This document shows, piece by piece, positions 1 through 12,293 of a DNA stretch of 64,000 nt; position 1 is the first letter of the stretch, and every line of letters starts with the position of its first letter. Below the pieces are notes generated by a model. The model saw nothing but the letters and a program-made list of their open reading frames with translations, did no database searches and was not told where the DNA came from. This stretch comes from Selaginella moellendorffii (taxonomy: Eukaryota; Plantae; Lycopodiophyta). The stretch lies in NCBI RefSeq assembly GCF_000143415.4, contig NW_003314269.1, positions 1,557,544 to 1,621,543 on the forward strand, in the 5' to 3' direction. A program made the translations under genes and the position numbers.

Positions 1-2401
1 TCGTCAAGACCTTATCTTTGTACAAAACCTCGTTCTGCAGCATGTTTACTTCGACCTCCAGCATCCCCATCTTGTCCTTGAGCTCGAGAATTGTGAGATT
101 GCTTAACTAAAAACATCGACACAAGTCAGCAGTGATATCTCTACCACATAACAACACAGACCTGCATCAGTTTGACAGACTTATTCCGTTGGCTTCTAAG
201 AAGATTATACACATTGAAGAACTTGGCATAGGTGTCACAGATATCCTTTTCCTTCTTTTGTAGAAATGCGATAGTAATGTCTGAGACCCGAATTCTTTCT
301 CTGGCTTCTTTTAGTTGTTGAACCTGCAAAATCACAAACAACGTGAGGAAAACCGGGGGAAACTAGCTCGCATTACCTTCAAAGAAAGTGTACGACAAAT
401 ATTTTCACGCATGCTCGCAAGCTCTCCCGCTTGTTGTTGCCGTTCGTAGTCAAGACTAATGGATCTATAAACCTCCCTTTCGAGCTCCGTTGCCTGCATT
501 ACGCGCCGTAACTCTGCCGAAAGAAATCAAGGCTTACCTTTTGATGACCCTCGCGTAGTTGCGCAACCATTTCCTTGCCAACTCCTTTCAACTCGGTGTA
601 CATACGCATTCTACCATCAATGTCTTTCTTAATCTCTAACACTGTGGTATGCACTTTCTTTCTTTCGTTTTCAACTTGCATAAGCTAAGAACTTGGCCGC
701 AGTTAGTCGCAAAAAGGAAAAGATAGAAGGCTATACCTGCATATTTATGTTGCTCTTGACGGCTCCAAAGGATGGAAGGGTATCCTGTATTTGCTTGAGC
801 ACATTTTCTGTGTGTTTGACCTTCTTTGTTATCTTATCCTTGTCGGTGGTACGAGTGACGAGCCTCTCCTGCTCCACTTTGTGATCTGTTTGCAGGGCTT
901 TCAATTGCATATCCAAAGTCACCTGCATCACGAGAAACGGACCTTTTTTTTCCGGGAAGTCATTTATGAATTCTTACTCGATCCGCAAGATATTGATCGG
1001 CATCTAGACTATGAAGCTCAAGCTCCTTCTTCATCTCCGCAACTGATTGCTCCTATAGCAAAAAGCAGTAGTTATTAGGCGTTGACGACAGGATCGTAAA
1101 ATCGTACCTTCTGTTCAGTCAGTTGCCGAACCTTTTCCAGTTCAACCGCAAGCCTTGCATGTTCTTCAGTAGTTTCTCTCATGTTTTGATTTAGCTTTTC
1201 AATATGTGTTTCGAGTTCCTTGATCTGCGAAGGACGCATGTAATTTGTCATGTATTTGTCAGTTTTGCGACCATGATAACACCTTCTCGCTGTAATTTTG
1301 ATCCTGAGTGGTGAGCCCTTTGACTCCATTTGAGAGAACATCTGCCTGTTACCACAATCCACTTAACCAGAAAAATCGCAAGAAGAAAACTTGCCTGCTT
1401 TTTAAGCTTCTCTGGAACTCCATCGTATGTCGTCAGAGTTTGAAACTCTCCTCTTCTATGAACGGTAAGACCTTGCATGTCGGTCGCCAGGACCTCAAGA
1501 CGCGCTTGAATTTCAGCGCTCTGCCAAAAATGTGGTCGCGTGTGATGGGTGGAGCCTATAAAAACAATTGAGCAATCTGAAAACTTACACAGGAGAGGTT
1601 TTAAGTTGTAAGAACGATTATACCTCCTTCTTTAGTTCCTCAATTTTTGCAATAGAATCACCGTGCTGGCTATGCAAATCGCTAATATCCATCTGTATGG
1701 ATCACAAAACTCAGAGATAACGAAGGAGGCAGATTACCAAATGTATCTATCACCTTCAGTTGAAGCAACGTTGGCTGTAGAGCCATATCATACTCATGTT
1801 CTATCTCTTCGATCCTCTTCTGAAATTCTTCTTGCGCCCTTCTAAGATCCGTTTCTTCAGCCTGCAATGCCAAGTCCCTCTCCCTGCGGCAAAGTTGGTT
1901 GTCTAGCTAGGAAGATAAAAACATAGACAAAGAACCATACTTTACCTGCATGCCAGTGCTTCTGATTCCGCTTGCTCCGAGTCCTCACGAAGCATGTCGA
2001 GAGCAGCTTCATCTTCCTGGGCGTCGACCAAAACTTTCTCCAGTTCAATCTTCTCCACCTACAAAAGAGAGGAAGATGTCACCGCTAGAGAAAAACAATG
2101 CAAGGCAAAAGAGAAAACCAAAGAGTTTCCTTACATTAAACTTGCGAGTGAGCTCCTCCCTTTCTTCAAACAATTTCCTAGTGTTTGCTATACTTTCCTT
2201 GAGACTCTTGTGGAGTTCCTCATACCTGCATTGCAAATTCTATCGATCCAACGCTAAAAAAGAGGAAAAATCTCCTCACCTCTGCCTCGCGAAAGCCGCC
2301 TTGGCGCCGGTGATGTTCCCCTTGCGCACCAATTCATCAAGCTTCAAGAGCGCGCTAAGATCCGGCAACACGACCAACTCGATCCCTTCCTCCTCCGCCA
2401 T
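1..2401 (-). CDS. Coiled-coil flagellar/ciliary protein, CCDC146/MBO2-like (multi-exon; 3' end runs off the window start)
   Basis: ATG at 2401 (MAEEEGIELVVLPDLSALLKLDEL...). Many short GT-AG introns separate coiled-coil exons. The segment YAKFFNVYNLLRSQRNKSVKLMQ resembles the CCDC146 'FAKLYD.I.NERNK' segment (recalled, not searched). Confidence 0.65.
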
Positions 2402-2534
2402 TTCCCCTCTCAGAGAATTTTCTTCTTTTTCGTATTTTCAAGCCCTAAAGATCTCAACGGATTATCATTCGCCACGTGTCAAGAGAATAATTAGCCAAAT
2501 AAACGTCGTTAACTTTAATTAACATCGATTAACA

Positions 2535-4698
2535 TTATTTCGCATTGACAAGCTTTTCTATGGATTCTTTCCAGACCCTCGCTTGTCCCTTTGTATCCTC
2601 CAGATTATAAGTCCGCTTTGGCTGCTCGAGAAAACCACAGCATCGCATTAGAGATGGAGAAAGAAAACGAGACTTACCGTGCATATACAAAACTTGAGAT
2701 CGTTCTCCACTCTAACATAAATATCCCGCGACCATGGAACCTCTCCCTTGAAAACAAGTTTGATCGGGTGGACGTAGAACAGCCTCGGCCTGTCAGTGAG
2801 GATCAGCTGTCTCTTCTTGACCGAGAGCTTTCGAAACTTCCGGACGCGCGAACTGGCCAAGATGGTTTCACCCTCGAATAGAAACTTCTGCCTACAGGGA
2901 ACTCGGGTCAGCTACAATTGAAACCAAAAAAATCGACTTGGAGAGAATTGTGAGAACTAACCATGGTTCGTGAACGTTCTCGTCGAGAAGTCTTGCAGCA
3001 GAAGCAAGCACGGCGCTGGGACTCGATGGCTCATTACTGCTGGACATGGGACTCGAAGCGTCCGAAACGTCTAGCCTCGAGACCCGGCCTCCCAGATGAG
3101 CTAGATCCCAGTCCGAGTTTTCTGAATCATCACTCTCAGCTCCATTTCCCCCACCCTTTAAACAAGTGCGTCAATGTTTTCGCGTCATCAACAACAAAGT
3201 CGAGTTCGAACATAAGCCAACAAATAACTGACACAATGCTGCCTGTAGATCACCTGAGACGATGGCGATGGAGCAAGCCCGGGTGCGGCCGACTGCCTGA
3301 GTTTAAGCCACTCAATCCCGCTGAAAAAAGCATGGCTTTTCAACGCTGCATAGCCCGCTGGGCCAGCTCCGGGCCTTTTGTCAGGTTCAAGGTTCTGGAA
3401 AGAACAATCAAAATGTGTCCTTTCCACTCCACAAAGAAATTATCATCGACTTACCAGCAACTTATTGATAAGTTCTTTGGCTGCGGACGGGAAGTGAGAC
3501 GGTATGACAAGGTCTTTCGCCAAAACCTTTTGAAACGTGAGGTATTCGCTCCCGCCTTTGAAAGGAGGCCTCCCTTCTAGCATTTGGTATATAATACATC
3601 CCAAGGCCCATAAGTCTGCCCTGCAAACCGGCTGCTTATTAAACGGAAGAACCAAAAAGAAATCCCATCACACATACCCAATAGTAACGGGATGGCCATT
3701 CAAAACTTCTGGAGAAACGTACTCCGCAGTGCCAACAAACGTACAGCTTTTGTCATCTGTGAAACGAAAATGCACACTAAACGACACGAGGAAAGAACAC
3801 GAGAACGAGAGATATTTAACCTGCTTGCGCGTCGCTGAGACCATTCTGGAGGGGTGTTGTCACCTTCGCACTGCCAAAGTCTGCCACCTTTATATGCCCA
3901 TCAGCAGTCAGGAGTAAATTTTCTGGCTGGCCAATGTCGATATCAAAACGACCGTCAGGATCATATAGTGAAAAAAAAACGTAATCGACCATCTCCTCTG
4001 CTGGCAGCAGCAAGAGAATTGTACAGAACAACAGCCAAGAAAGGAATACCTTGAGATCCCGATGAATCAATCCTTGGCCGTGAATATATTCCAAAACATC
4101 AACAATCTCCGCAGCATAGAAACGAGCTTCTTCGAGAGACAAACGACCTTTCTGCGCGTGAAAAGAGACATGTCACCAAAACATGTCAACGACCAGGAGT
4201 AAATGGCCCACCCTTCTTATCTGATCGAAGAGCTCTCCTCCATGACAGCACTCCAGTCCCATATCTAGATTTTCATGTATCAGCGAAAGCAACAAACGAA
4301 GAAAGGAATTACTTACAGAGATTGTGAGTATCCTGAAACGTGAAAAACAAACGAACCACACCAGGATGATCCAGATGATCCAGAATAAGCCGCTCCATCT
4401 TCACATACGCGACCTTGTTCTCCTTGGTGATGTGCTTCTTGTCCATGATCTTGAGCGCAAACTCAGCTCCAGAATCTTTTTTCTTAGCTCTCACAACCTG
4501 AAACAAGGGGAGAAAGATGAAAAATGGAAAAATGCAGCTAGAATTCGCCACCTTGGAGTAGGATCCCATGCCCAGCAGCCTGCCATAGGCGAAATCCTGG
4601 TAAGTGTATGGCTGCTGAGGAGCCCTAAACGTGAGCTTGCTCCCGGGTTTGCACGAGGAGGCCGTGGAAGGCGCGCATTCTTCCTCGCCCGCCGCCAT
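2535..4698 (-). CDS. PDK1: 3-phosphoinositide-dependent protein kinase 1 (AGC kinase + C-terminal PH domain), multi-exon
   Basis: FTFRAPQ-like N-terminus, [38 protein letters not shown] and DLWALGC kinase motifs. PH-domain exons [16 protein letters not shown]...KGEVPWS and RTYNLED...[12 protein letters not shown]. Confidence 0.93.
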
Positions 4699-5106
4699 CT
4701 CCACACGCTGGATCACCCCCTCCTCGGCATTCCCATCGGCGCGACCGCCATCGCGAAATATTCCCACGCGCTTCTTCTTCCTCTAACCTATAAACCCTAA
4801 TCAGTCGCGTCCGTTGAAACGCATTGGTTTGGCGGCCTTGCCACATAGGCTTTCTTTCTCTCACAGTAATCCGCGTCTAGACGCTATCGCGGCCAAGAAT
4901 TCTCCTCTCCTCCCAGGGCGCCCAGATCTTGGAGTGGCGATAAGGTATTATCCTTCTCTAGCAGCGATTGGAACGGCGGCGCGGCGATCGATCGATCGAT
5001 CGCTGGGAAAAGATCGGGATTAGTCTTTCCAGCTCGGCGGCGGCAGTGGATTGGAGGGAAATTTCCTGTCCCAGGGGTCGCTAGTGTAGGGTTTGGGGCA
5101 AAGAGC

Positions 5107-6800
5107 ATGAGCGCAAGCGACGAGAATGAGACACTGGTGAGATGGGGTCTTCACTTGCTGGAGGTTCATCCTTTCACTGGTAGCAACGATTCGCGATCAT
5201 CGTCGCCCGATTCTCTTCCTTGCTGCTGCCCGGTAGATGGCACAGAGGACGACGAGGCCCTAGCGATCTCTCTCCAGCAGCATCTCTACACCGAGGATAC
5301 CACGCAGCCGCAACAGCAGCCACGGGAGGAGGATCCCCCGATTGGAGATTTTTTTGACAATCGCGACAAGGAGCATCACAATCTTAACGATTACGGTTTG
5401 GTGACTGGATCGGAGGAGATCTGCGAGGATTGCGCCGCCGAGGAGATGAGCATGGGCAATCACCACTCTTCCAGCAGCAGCAGCTCCCCAACTTTCTCTT
5501 ACGATCAGCGCAACAACAGCACCAACGAGAACGATGAGGCGATTGCGGTTATTCTTTCCGAGGAGTTGGCACAACTCGATGGAGGAGAAGTTGGCCGGCG
5601 GCTCACACACATGGAATCCATACCTGTAAGTAGGCTGTATGGATTTTTTTCTTCTCTCCATGGCTGACTTCTTCTTTCTTCTCCATAGCTGACTTCTTTT
5701 TGGTGCACTTCTGTAGCATATCCCGAAGATAAATGGAGAGATACCGAGCCCGGACGCTGCCACACTCGATCATCAAAGGCTTCTTGAGAGGTTTGTTTCC
5801 TTTGCTTTTCACTTTGATTCATTCGTTGGCTTGTCTCTATACAGGCTTCAGGTCTATGGATTGACAGAGCACAAGATTCCTGGCGATGGTAACTGTCAGG
5901 TGAATCTCGCATTTCTGCAATTCCTGAAACTCTGTTTGCGTGCTTGCATTGAAAGCCTTCCATTTGAGAGCCCTGTCCCAGAGAAACTGAGAGAATTTTC
6001 CCATGTCAAGATCTTCGAAGGTACTTTCCAAAAAAAATAAGCGAAAAAGACCCAACAAAAACAAAACATTTGCTTGATTTCCTTCATATCGTTTACCTCT
6101 CTATTAAAGTTGTCTCTGGTTGACGTAGTAGTTTCGGGCGCTCTCGGATCAGTTTTATAGAACACCAGATCATCACATGTTTGTCCGGAAAGAAGTCATT
6201 AAACAGGTACAGTTTGTATTCTTTTTGCTTCTTTCGCTTCATGCGGTGTTATTATTTGTGAGAATTCAGCTGAAGCAGGATCCAGAACCATACGAAGGTT
6301 ACGTTCCAATGAAATTCAGCGACTACCTCAAGAAGATGGCGAAGTAAGTAGCTTTTCGGTTTCACAACTGACATCTGTTCCAAAAATTCTAAATCCAGGA
6401 ATGGGGAGTGGGGTGATCACGTAACATTGCAAGCTGCTGCTGATGTGGTAAGTAATTTCAAAGTGTCTGTCTTTTCAACTTGTGACATTTTCCTCTACAG
6501 TATGGGATGAAGATCTGTTTGATTACTTCGTTCATAGATACTTGCATCATTGACATCATACCAAAGGAACCGAAATCAGACAGAGGTAGCAAGTTTCCTT
6601 CCAGGCGCTCATCGGTAACGCTCGTTTTCTTGCAGTCATATTCTTAAGCTTTTGGGCTGAAGTGCACTACAACTCCGTGTATCCGGAAGGAGGTATAGTT
6701 TTGTGAAACACTGGTATGTGCTCTCAACCACTGTGTCGCAGAAGCCCCTGTCTCTTACACCGTCAGGAAGAAAAGGCACTGGTTTTCATTCTTTGGTTGA
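5107..6800 (+). CDS. OTU-domain deubiquitinase (plant OTU9-like), multi-exon
   Basis: Catalytic IPGDGNCQFRALSDQ, EWGDHVTLQAAAD and SFWAEVHYNS motifs. Acidic N-terminus with UIM-like DDEALAISLQ / DEAIAVILSEE. Ends KKRHWFSFFG*. Confidence 0.92.
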
Positions 6801-6959
6801 ATCCAGTTCTTTTCTTCTTTCGCGATTTTAATCTACACCTATATACTTTTTCCTTTCTTGCTTCCCTCGCGCGCACCATATCTCTTCGTCTTCCGGCTAA
6901 CAGTTTTCCATACAACAAAATTATTTTATTAGATCACAGGTACTACAAGTTACAACTTC

Positions 6960-9026
6960 CTAATTCGCCAGTGAGCAAAACGGCAAGTTGTTGCCAACAC
7001 TCGTTCTTGTTAGCGGGTTCCAGCGGTCAAAAACAATCCGCCCGCCCCTTCCCATCCTACCACGGAACTGGTAACTTTCCTCCTCGAATTGTGGTGGCAG
7101 TATACCAGCGTCTGCTAACTCTCTCGCTTCCAGTGGCTTCGTGAACAGCATCACCGGTTCCATAGTATCGATGGATCGAATCGGGAACTACGCAAACACC
7201 AGAGCCACATCAAGTTCCAACAAAAGTGAAAGCAAAAGAGAGCCAGCCACAGTACCTTTCTAGCTGGTCGTCCTCTCGACAGAGGTAAGCGTTTCTTGCG
7301 CTTCTTTCTCAAGGGGTCCATCCTGTCCACTAAGGAGTTTTCCAGCATGGGGTTGGCATAGTCGTAGGCGTCCCCGTTCATCTGGTCCGTGCCTGCTTGC
7401 AAGTCGTCACTACGCTTTGGAAACAAGAGTTTCCGGGGCACTGTTGGTGGGAACAGGGATGCGCTGTTGAGGAACGACGTGTCCTCGTCGGCTTTGGATT
7501 CGTGCTGTTTGTGAAGTTACGAGAGAGAGAAAGAGCTCACTTTCCATAACAGGGGCGACGAAAACAAAAGTCACAGCTACCTTATACTTGATTTGGAGCC
7601 TCTGGATGTGACCTTCACAGTCGGCCAGCTCGCGCTTCTTCTCTTCACGCTGTGCAGGCAGAGAAAAGCAGCAGTGTCAAATCAAGGTGGAAGAAGATTC
7701 CAACGCCACTTACCTTTTGGACAGCCAGCATCAATGCTCTAGCTTGCTCCAGATTGCGACGAACCTACGCGAGAGTTTTCACACCATGTCAAAGAGACGA
7801 ACACACGGAAGTTTGTACTCACCTGGCGGAGCTTGTCAAAGGATTGGACGTCGTTCTCACGCCTTTGCATCTATGAAAAATGACCAGACGAAATTTTTCT
7901 TTTTGAAGGAAAAGCGAAGGAGAGAAAACTTGTGAGTTACCCGCCGGGTGTGAGGACGATGAATTTTCTCCCTCGGTCTAAATACATTAAAAGGATTTGT
8001 GTCGTTCACCGGTGGGGGTGGCTGCAAGTTATTTTCTTAATCGTGTTGGCTCGAAAAGAAACGAAAAAAGTAGAAAACTCACTTGCAACCGACGAAGTAT
8101 GGGCTTCTCCCAGCGCTCTCGCTGCCATTGCAATGCATGAGTTTAATTTTTCCCAGATAGAAAATGCAAAGAAAGTTCTATGGTATCAACCTTTGATTTC
8201 CAATAGTCATACACGGCGCCTGCAATGGTTGGCGATCGGATGTTCTGAGCACGCACGACCTGTCACCGCCCGAGTCGTCAACAATAAACGCAATGCTATT
8301 CCCACCTCCAGTGCTCCATCCTTTTGTAGCATGACCGGCATTGGGATTCCAAGTGTCGAAGGCAAACCTCCCACGCGCTCGCGAAGCTTGTGATCCTGCA
8401 ATTCCATTTTGTAGAGAATTCTTTCAAATCTGCAAGACAGAAAACGTAAGCACATTCATCTCCTGCCCAAAATCCACACACAAAAGAAAAGAACGCTTAC
8501 TTCTCGTGGGACAGTGTCTTGCGATCGCTAAACTGCTCGAGCCAATCTTCGTCCTCGTCATCCAAGTCATACTCCACAAACTCAGTTCCTTCATTCCTTG
8601 CTAGAAAAGCCACACAAACTTAAGCCGCGAAAGTTGAAAATCCACTCACCTCCTCGGCTCCGCAAGTAAGACGGTGGCTGCGTGAACGTCTGCGAGTAAT
8701 CCTTCTCGTAAGTATCCACGCACACAAACTGTGGCGTGGGAATCTCTGCGCCTCCTCGTCTAGCCGGTGTAGCCAGCACCTATTGCAACAAAAAAAAAAA
8801 AACGCAACCAAAGCAACAAACACAAAGCAAAGAAGACGATCAAAAAAACTGAGCTGGAACCAAGATCACCCACCAGCTCGTTCTCCGAATCCAGCGCCAC
8901 ATGCCCGTGCTGGACCATCCGCGACACTCCAATCCCATCCTCATTGTCGAGGTCTCTCACGGACTTGACAATCGGGAGCTTCTTATGTATGTCTACAGGG
9001 CGGGGCCTAAATGACAACCTACTCAT
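6960..9026 (-). CDS. EPL1: Enhancer of polycomb-like protein (NuA4 subunit EPL1), multi-exon
   Basis: Starts MSRLSFRPRPVDIHKKLPIVKS, contains EIPTPQF and EYDLDDED, and has the C-terminal RGRMGRGGRIVFDR motif. Confidence 0.92.
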
Positions 9027-10468
9027 ATCCGCTCATCTCCTTCTCGCCCGCTAATCCGCCATCTCCAGGATCCCTCACAGCAGTAGCCGCGCGCGCTCCA
9101 TCACTCACCTCGCGCGCTGGGATCGATTCGCATCCTAGACCCCTGCTGCTCGCCCCTGGCGCCAACCCTATTTCCTCCCCCCTCAAGAGGATAAGCCCTA
9201 ACCCAGACCTAGAAACAGAGGCCCCGTGGTTTAGGGTTTAGCGGCGTATATTCAGTTCCCGGCAGAGGCATATCCGTCGCAAAGCATATTCTGCTAGATT
9301 TGCATAGTATACGGTATAGATAGCTAGGGTGCGAAAGGGGCAATTGATGGCATTTTTGGCTGCCCAACGAAATAGATCGTCTCGTTGGATTTGGAAAATG
9401 ATGGCGAGGTTACCATGGCATGCTAGCTCTTCTTTCTCTCTAGGGCCACGAAAACAACAGGAATCCATCTATCTCCAGACATTACTACTGCCATAGCCGA
9501 TGTAAGAAAAGCAAAGATTTTTTGGTTCTTCCTAAGTGTGTGAAAGTGACCGGGCTTTTTACTTTCTACCGAGGAGCGGTAAAAGGTGATTTTTAGAATC
9601 TCTCGCGGTATATATAGGCAAATCTTGGGGCCGGAAAGAAGAAAACCTGCCTAGCTACGAAAAAGTAACTTTAAGTACTAGGGGGTAAAGGGCAGCAGCA
9701 TTTTACCATTGGGGCCCATGATGATTAAGAATGATTGGCACACAGTACGGTGACACGCGGGTCACATCGCGTCGGCTCGTGAGCCAACGCTGGTAAGATC
9801 CCGGCCATCCGTCCATCCTGGTGATTCCACTCGGATATGCCACGGCGTCCAATCCCTGTGCATGATCATGGATGCGCCCCCGCCGCATGCCATACGGTCG
9901 AGGCTACATACGACTCACGTACCCCGTACGTATTGATCTTGAGTTGGAGGGCTGGCGCCAGCATCATGCCGGATTTTCACCACCGGGAAGTACGGCGATT
10001 TACCGTGTGAGCCATGCTGAATTGGCCCAAGGAGGGGTAATCCAGTGCACCGGCTGGGGGTAGCGCTACCACGTACGCTCTACGCCTCAGGTAGCTAGGA
10101 TGTTTTAGGGCTGACGTCACAGATCTTGAATAAGACATGCTTGTTAAATGCGGAAAGAAGGGTAAATAATCTCAGTAAATATCCATGCATGAATTTGATG
10201 ACGCATGATGTACCACATTCAAACGCCCGCAAAAAAACACACAGTGGAAAGTGTTGTTGGACATGAAGCGTGGTCATGTTTTCAGGAGCTTTTTATTTGG
10301 GTTCTTTGTTCTTGGGTTTTTTCCTTGCCTGTCCAGAAACGCGAGAATGTACTGCTCTTAGATTCCCTTGCCTTTTTCACATCGCATATAAGCACGCTTG
10401 GATTGGAGAGAGCTTGCAGGAAGAAGCGGGAGCGAGAGAAAGAAGAAGAAGAAGAAGCGAGCAAAACA

Positions 10469-11833
10469 ATGAACGATCGCTACTCTCCCTCTCCTTCATC
10501 GTGGCTGCAGCTCGCTCCGGCTAGCGCCGAGGAGTTCTTCTTCCAGAGAACCGGGCTCGTTGTCTCTCCTGATGATCCAAGCTTCCCCTCGTCTCCTTTC
10601 GCGGCGGCTGCTGCTTATCTCCATCCACCATCGCCATTCCTCGACCACCACCAGCATCACCAGCAGCAACAGCAGCACTGCCACCAGCAACTTCGCCAAG
10701 ATCAAGTCATTCTCAAGCTGCCGTCGTCGCAATACAAGGGAGTGGTGCCGCAGCCGAACGGCCGGTTTGGCGCGCAGATCTACGAGAAGCACCAGCGCGT
10801 GTGGCTGGGGACGTTCGACACCGAGGTGGAGGCCGCCAAGGCCTACGACGTTGCTGCAACCAAGATCAGAGGCAACGACGCGCTCACCAATTTCCCCCCG
10901 GTTGACGAGTCCGAGCCCGAGTCCGCCTTCCTCAGCCTCCACTCCAAGGAGCAGATCATCGACATGCTGCGCAAGCACACCTACAACCAGCAGCTCATCA
11001 AGAACACCGCCTTGGACACCTCCTCCTCCTCCTCGTCCACCACCACCACCAACAATCACAACGCCCCGTCGCCGCCGCTGGACGCCTCCTCGTCCTCGGC
11101 AGCCTCCACGCTGCAACAAGACGATCACGATCATCGCCTGCGCGCTAAGAGCAAGAGCAAGAGCAGTAGTCTACTAGCACAGCATCACCGCGAGCACTTG
11201 TTCTTCAAGGTGGTGACGCCCAGCGACGTCGGCAAGCTAAACCGGCTCGTCATCCCCAAGCACCACGCCGAGCGCTGCTTCCCGCTGGCGCCGCACGAGA
11301 AGGGGCTACTGCTATCCTTCGAGGACGAGCGAGGCAAGCACTGGCGCTTCCGCTACTCGTACTGGAGCAGTAGCCAGAGCTACGTCCTCACCCGCGGCTG
11401 GAGCCGCTTCGTCAAGGACAAGCAGCTCCAAGTCGGCGACGCCGTCTTCTTCGATCGCGCCACCACCGCCGGGAGCTCTTGCAAGCTCTTCATCCACTGG
11501 AAGAGGAAGGCCGCCTCGGTGTTCCACCCGGCCTTCAACTCCAACGCCGCTGCTCATCACCACCATTTCGATCCTTCTCCATTGCATCCAGTTCTTCCAA
11601 CTTGGCCGGGATCGTCACCGTCGTCGCTGCTCCAGAGCGTGAGCGCCGTCACTTCCGCCCATCTCCAGCCTCGATCGGACCAGATGGTGTCTCAAGTCCA
11701 AGCTCTCTGGGGATCTTCTCAAGTTTTCGGTGCCTCTAATGTCTCAACTCCAGAGTTCTCGCATCCCAAGATCAAGGAGAGCTCCTGTGGTGCGATTCGG
11801 TTATTTGGAGTGGATCTTTCCAGCCCGTATTAA
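10469..11833 (+). CDS. RAV: RAV-family AP2/ERF + B3 transcription repressor, intronless
   Basis: AP2 domain [32 protein letters not shown]3 domain [25 protein letters not shown]...[16 protein letters not shown], and C-terminal RLFGV repression motif. Confidence 0.95.
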   Translation: MNDRYSPSPSSWLQLAPASAEEFFFQRTGLVVSPDDPSFPSSPFAAAAAYLHPPSPFLDHHQHHQQQQQHCHQQLRQDQVILKLPSSQYKGVVPQPNGRFGAQIYEKHQRVWLGTFDTEVEAAKAYDVAATKIRGNDALTNFPPVDESEPESAFLSLHSKEQIIDMLRKHTYNQQLIKNTALDTSSSSSSTTTTNNHNAPSPPLDASSSSAASTLQQDDHDHRLRAKSKSKSSSLLAQHHREHLFFKVVTPSDVGKLNRLVIPKHHAERCFPLAPHEKGLLLSFEDERGKHWRFRYSYWSSSQSYVLTRGWSRFVKDKQLQVGDAVFFDRATTAGSSCKLFIHWKRKAASVFHPAFNSNAAAHHHHFDPSPLHPVLPTWPGSSPSSLLQSVSAVTSAHLQPRSDQMVSQVQALWGSSQVFGASNVSTPEFSHPKIKESSCGAIRLFGVDLSSPY

Positions 11834-12293
11834 GCGGCGCTCGATCCCCTTCCCGGTTTTATACATACGAATATATAAAAACTCTTTTTTGGACTCCTAT
11901 GATTGAGCCAAATCTTCGAGAAGCAAAGGATAGCAACTGTTTTATTTTGCCGAATGATAGTGTCGTAAACACGGCCAATCTAAGTATGTAAATCTCTGGT
12001 TTTTGTGAGGCACAAACGCAACGGAAGTTGTATCATACATCCATACCTGGATTTGTAAAAATGTCCAGGAATACGAAGCCAAGACAATGCTGCGAACCTG
12101 GAATAAAAGCAAGGCAACATTTGGTACTTCCTTTCTCAGACAAGCAGTAAAAAAGAGCATACCTGCGTTGATCCCGATCACTTGCATCAGATTCTCGCTC
12201 TTTTTCCCAGCAAAGGAGGAAGGACGGTCGTTTCATATCGTCGCGGGGTCGCAGGGCCTCCAAGAAGACGCGGACGAGCATCTTAACTCCTTT

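Noticed and set aside
10205-10468. 88-aa N-terminal extension of RAV in the ORF track
   Set aside because: It reads through typical promoter and 5' UTR sequence (TATA-like, GA-rich). The ATG at 10469 has better context.
10496-11177. Long antisense and alternate-frame ORFs over RAV (and similar ones over AP3D, RMR, PPR and the nuclease)
   Set aside because: Expected shadow ORFs of GC-rich coding sequence, with no recognisable motifs.
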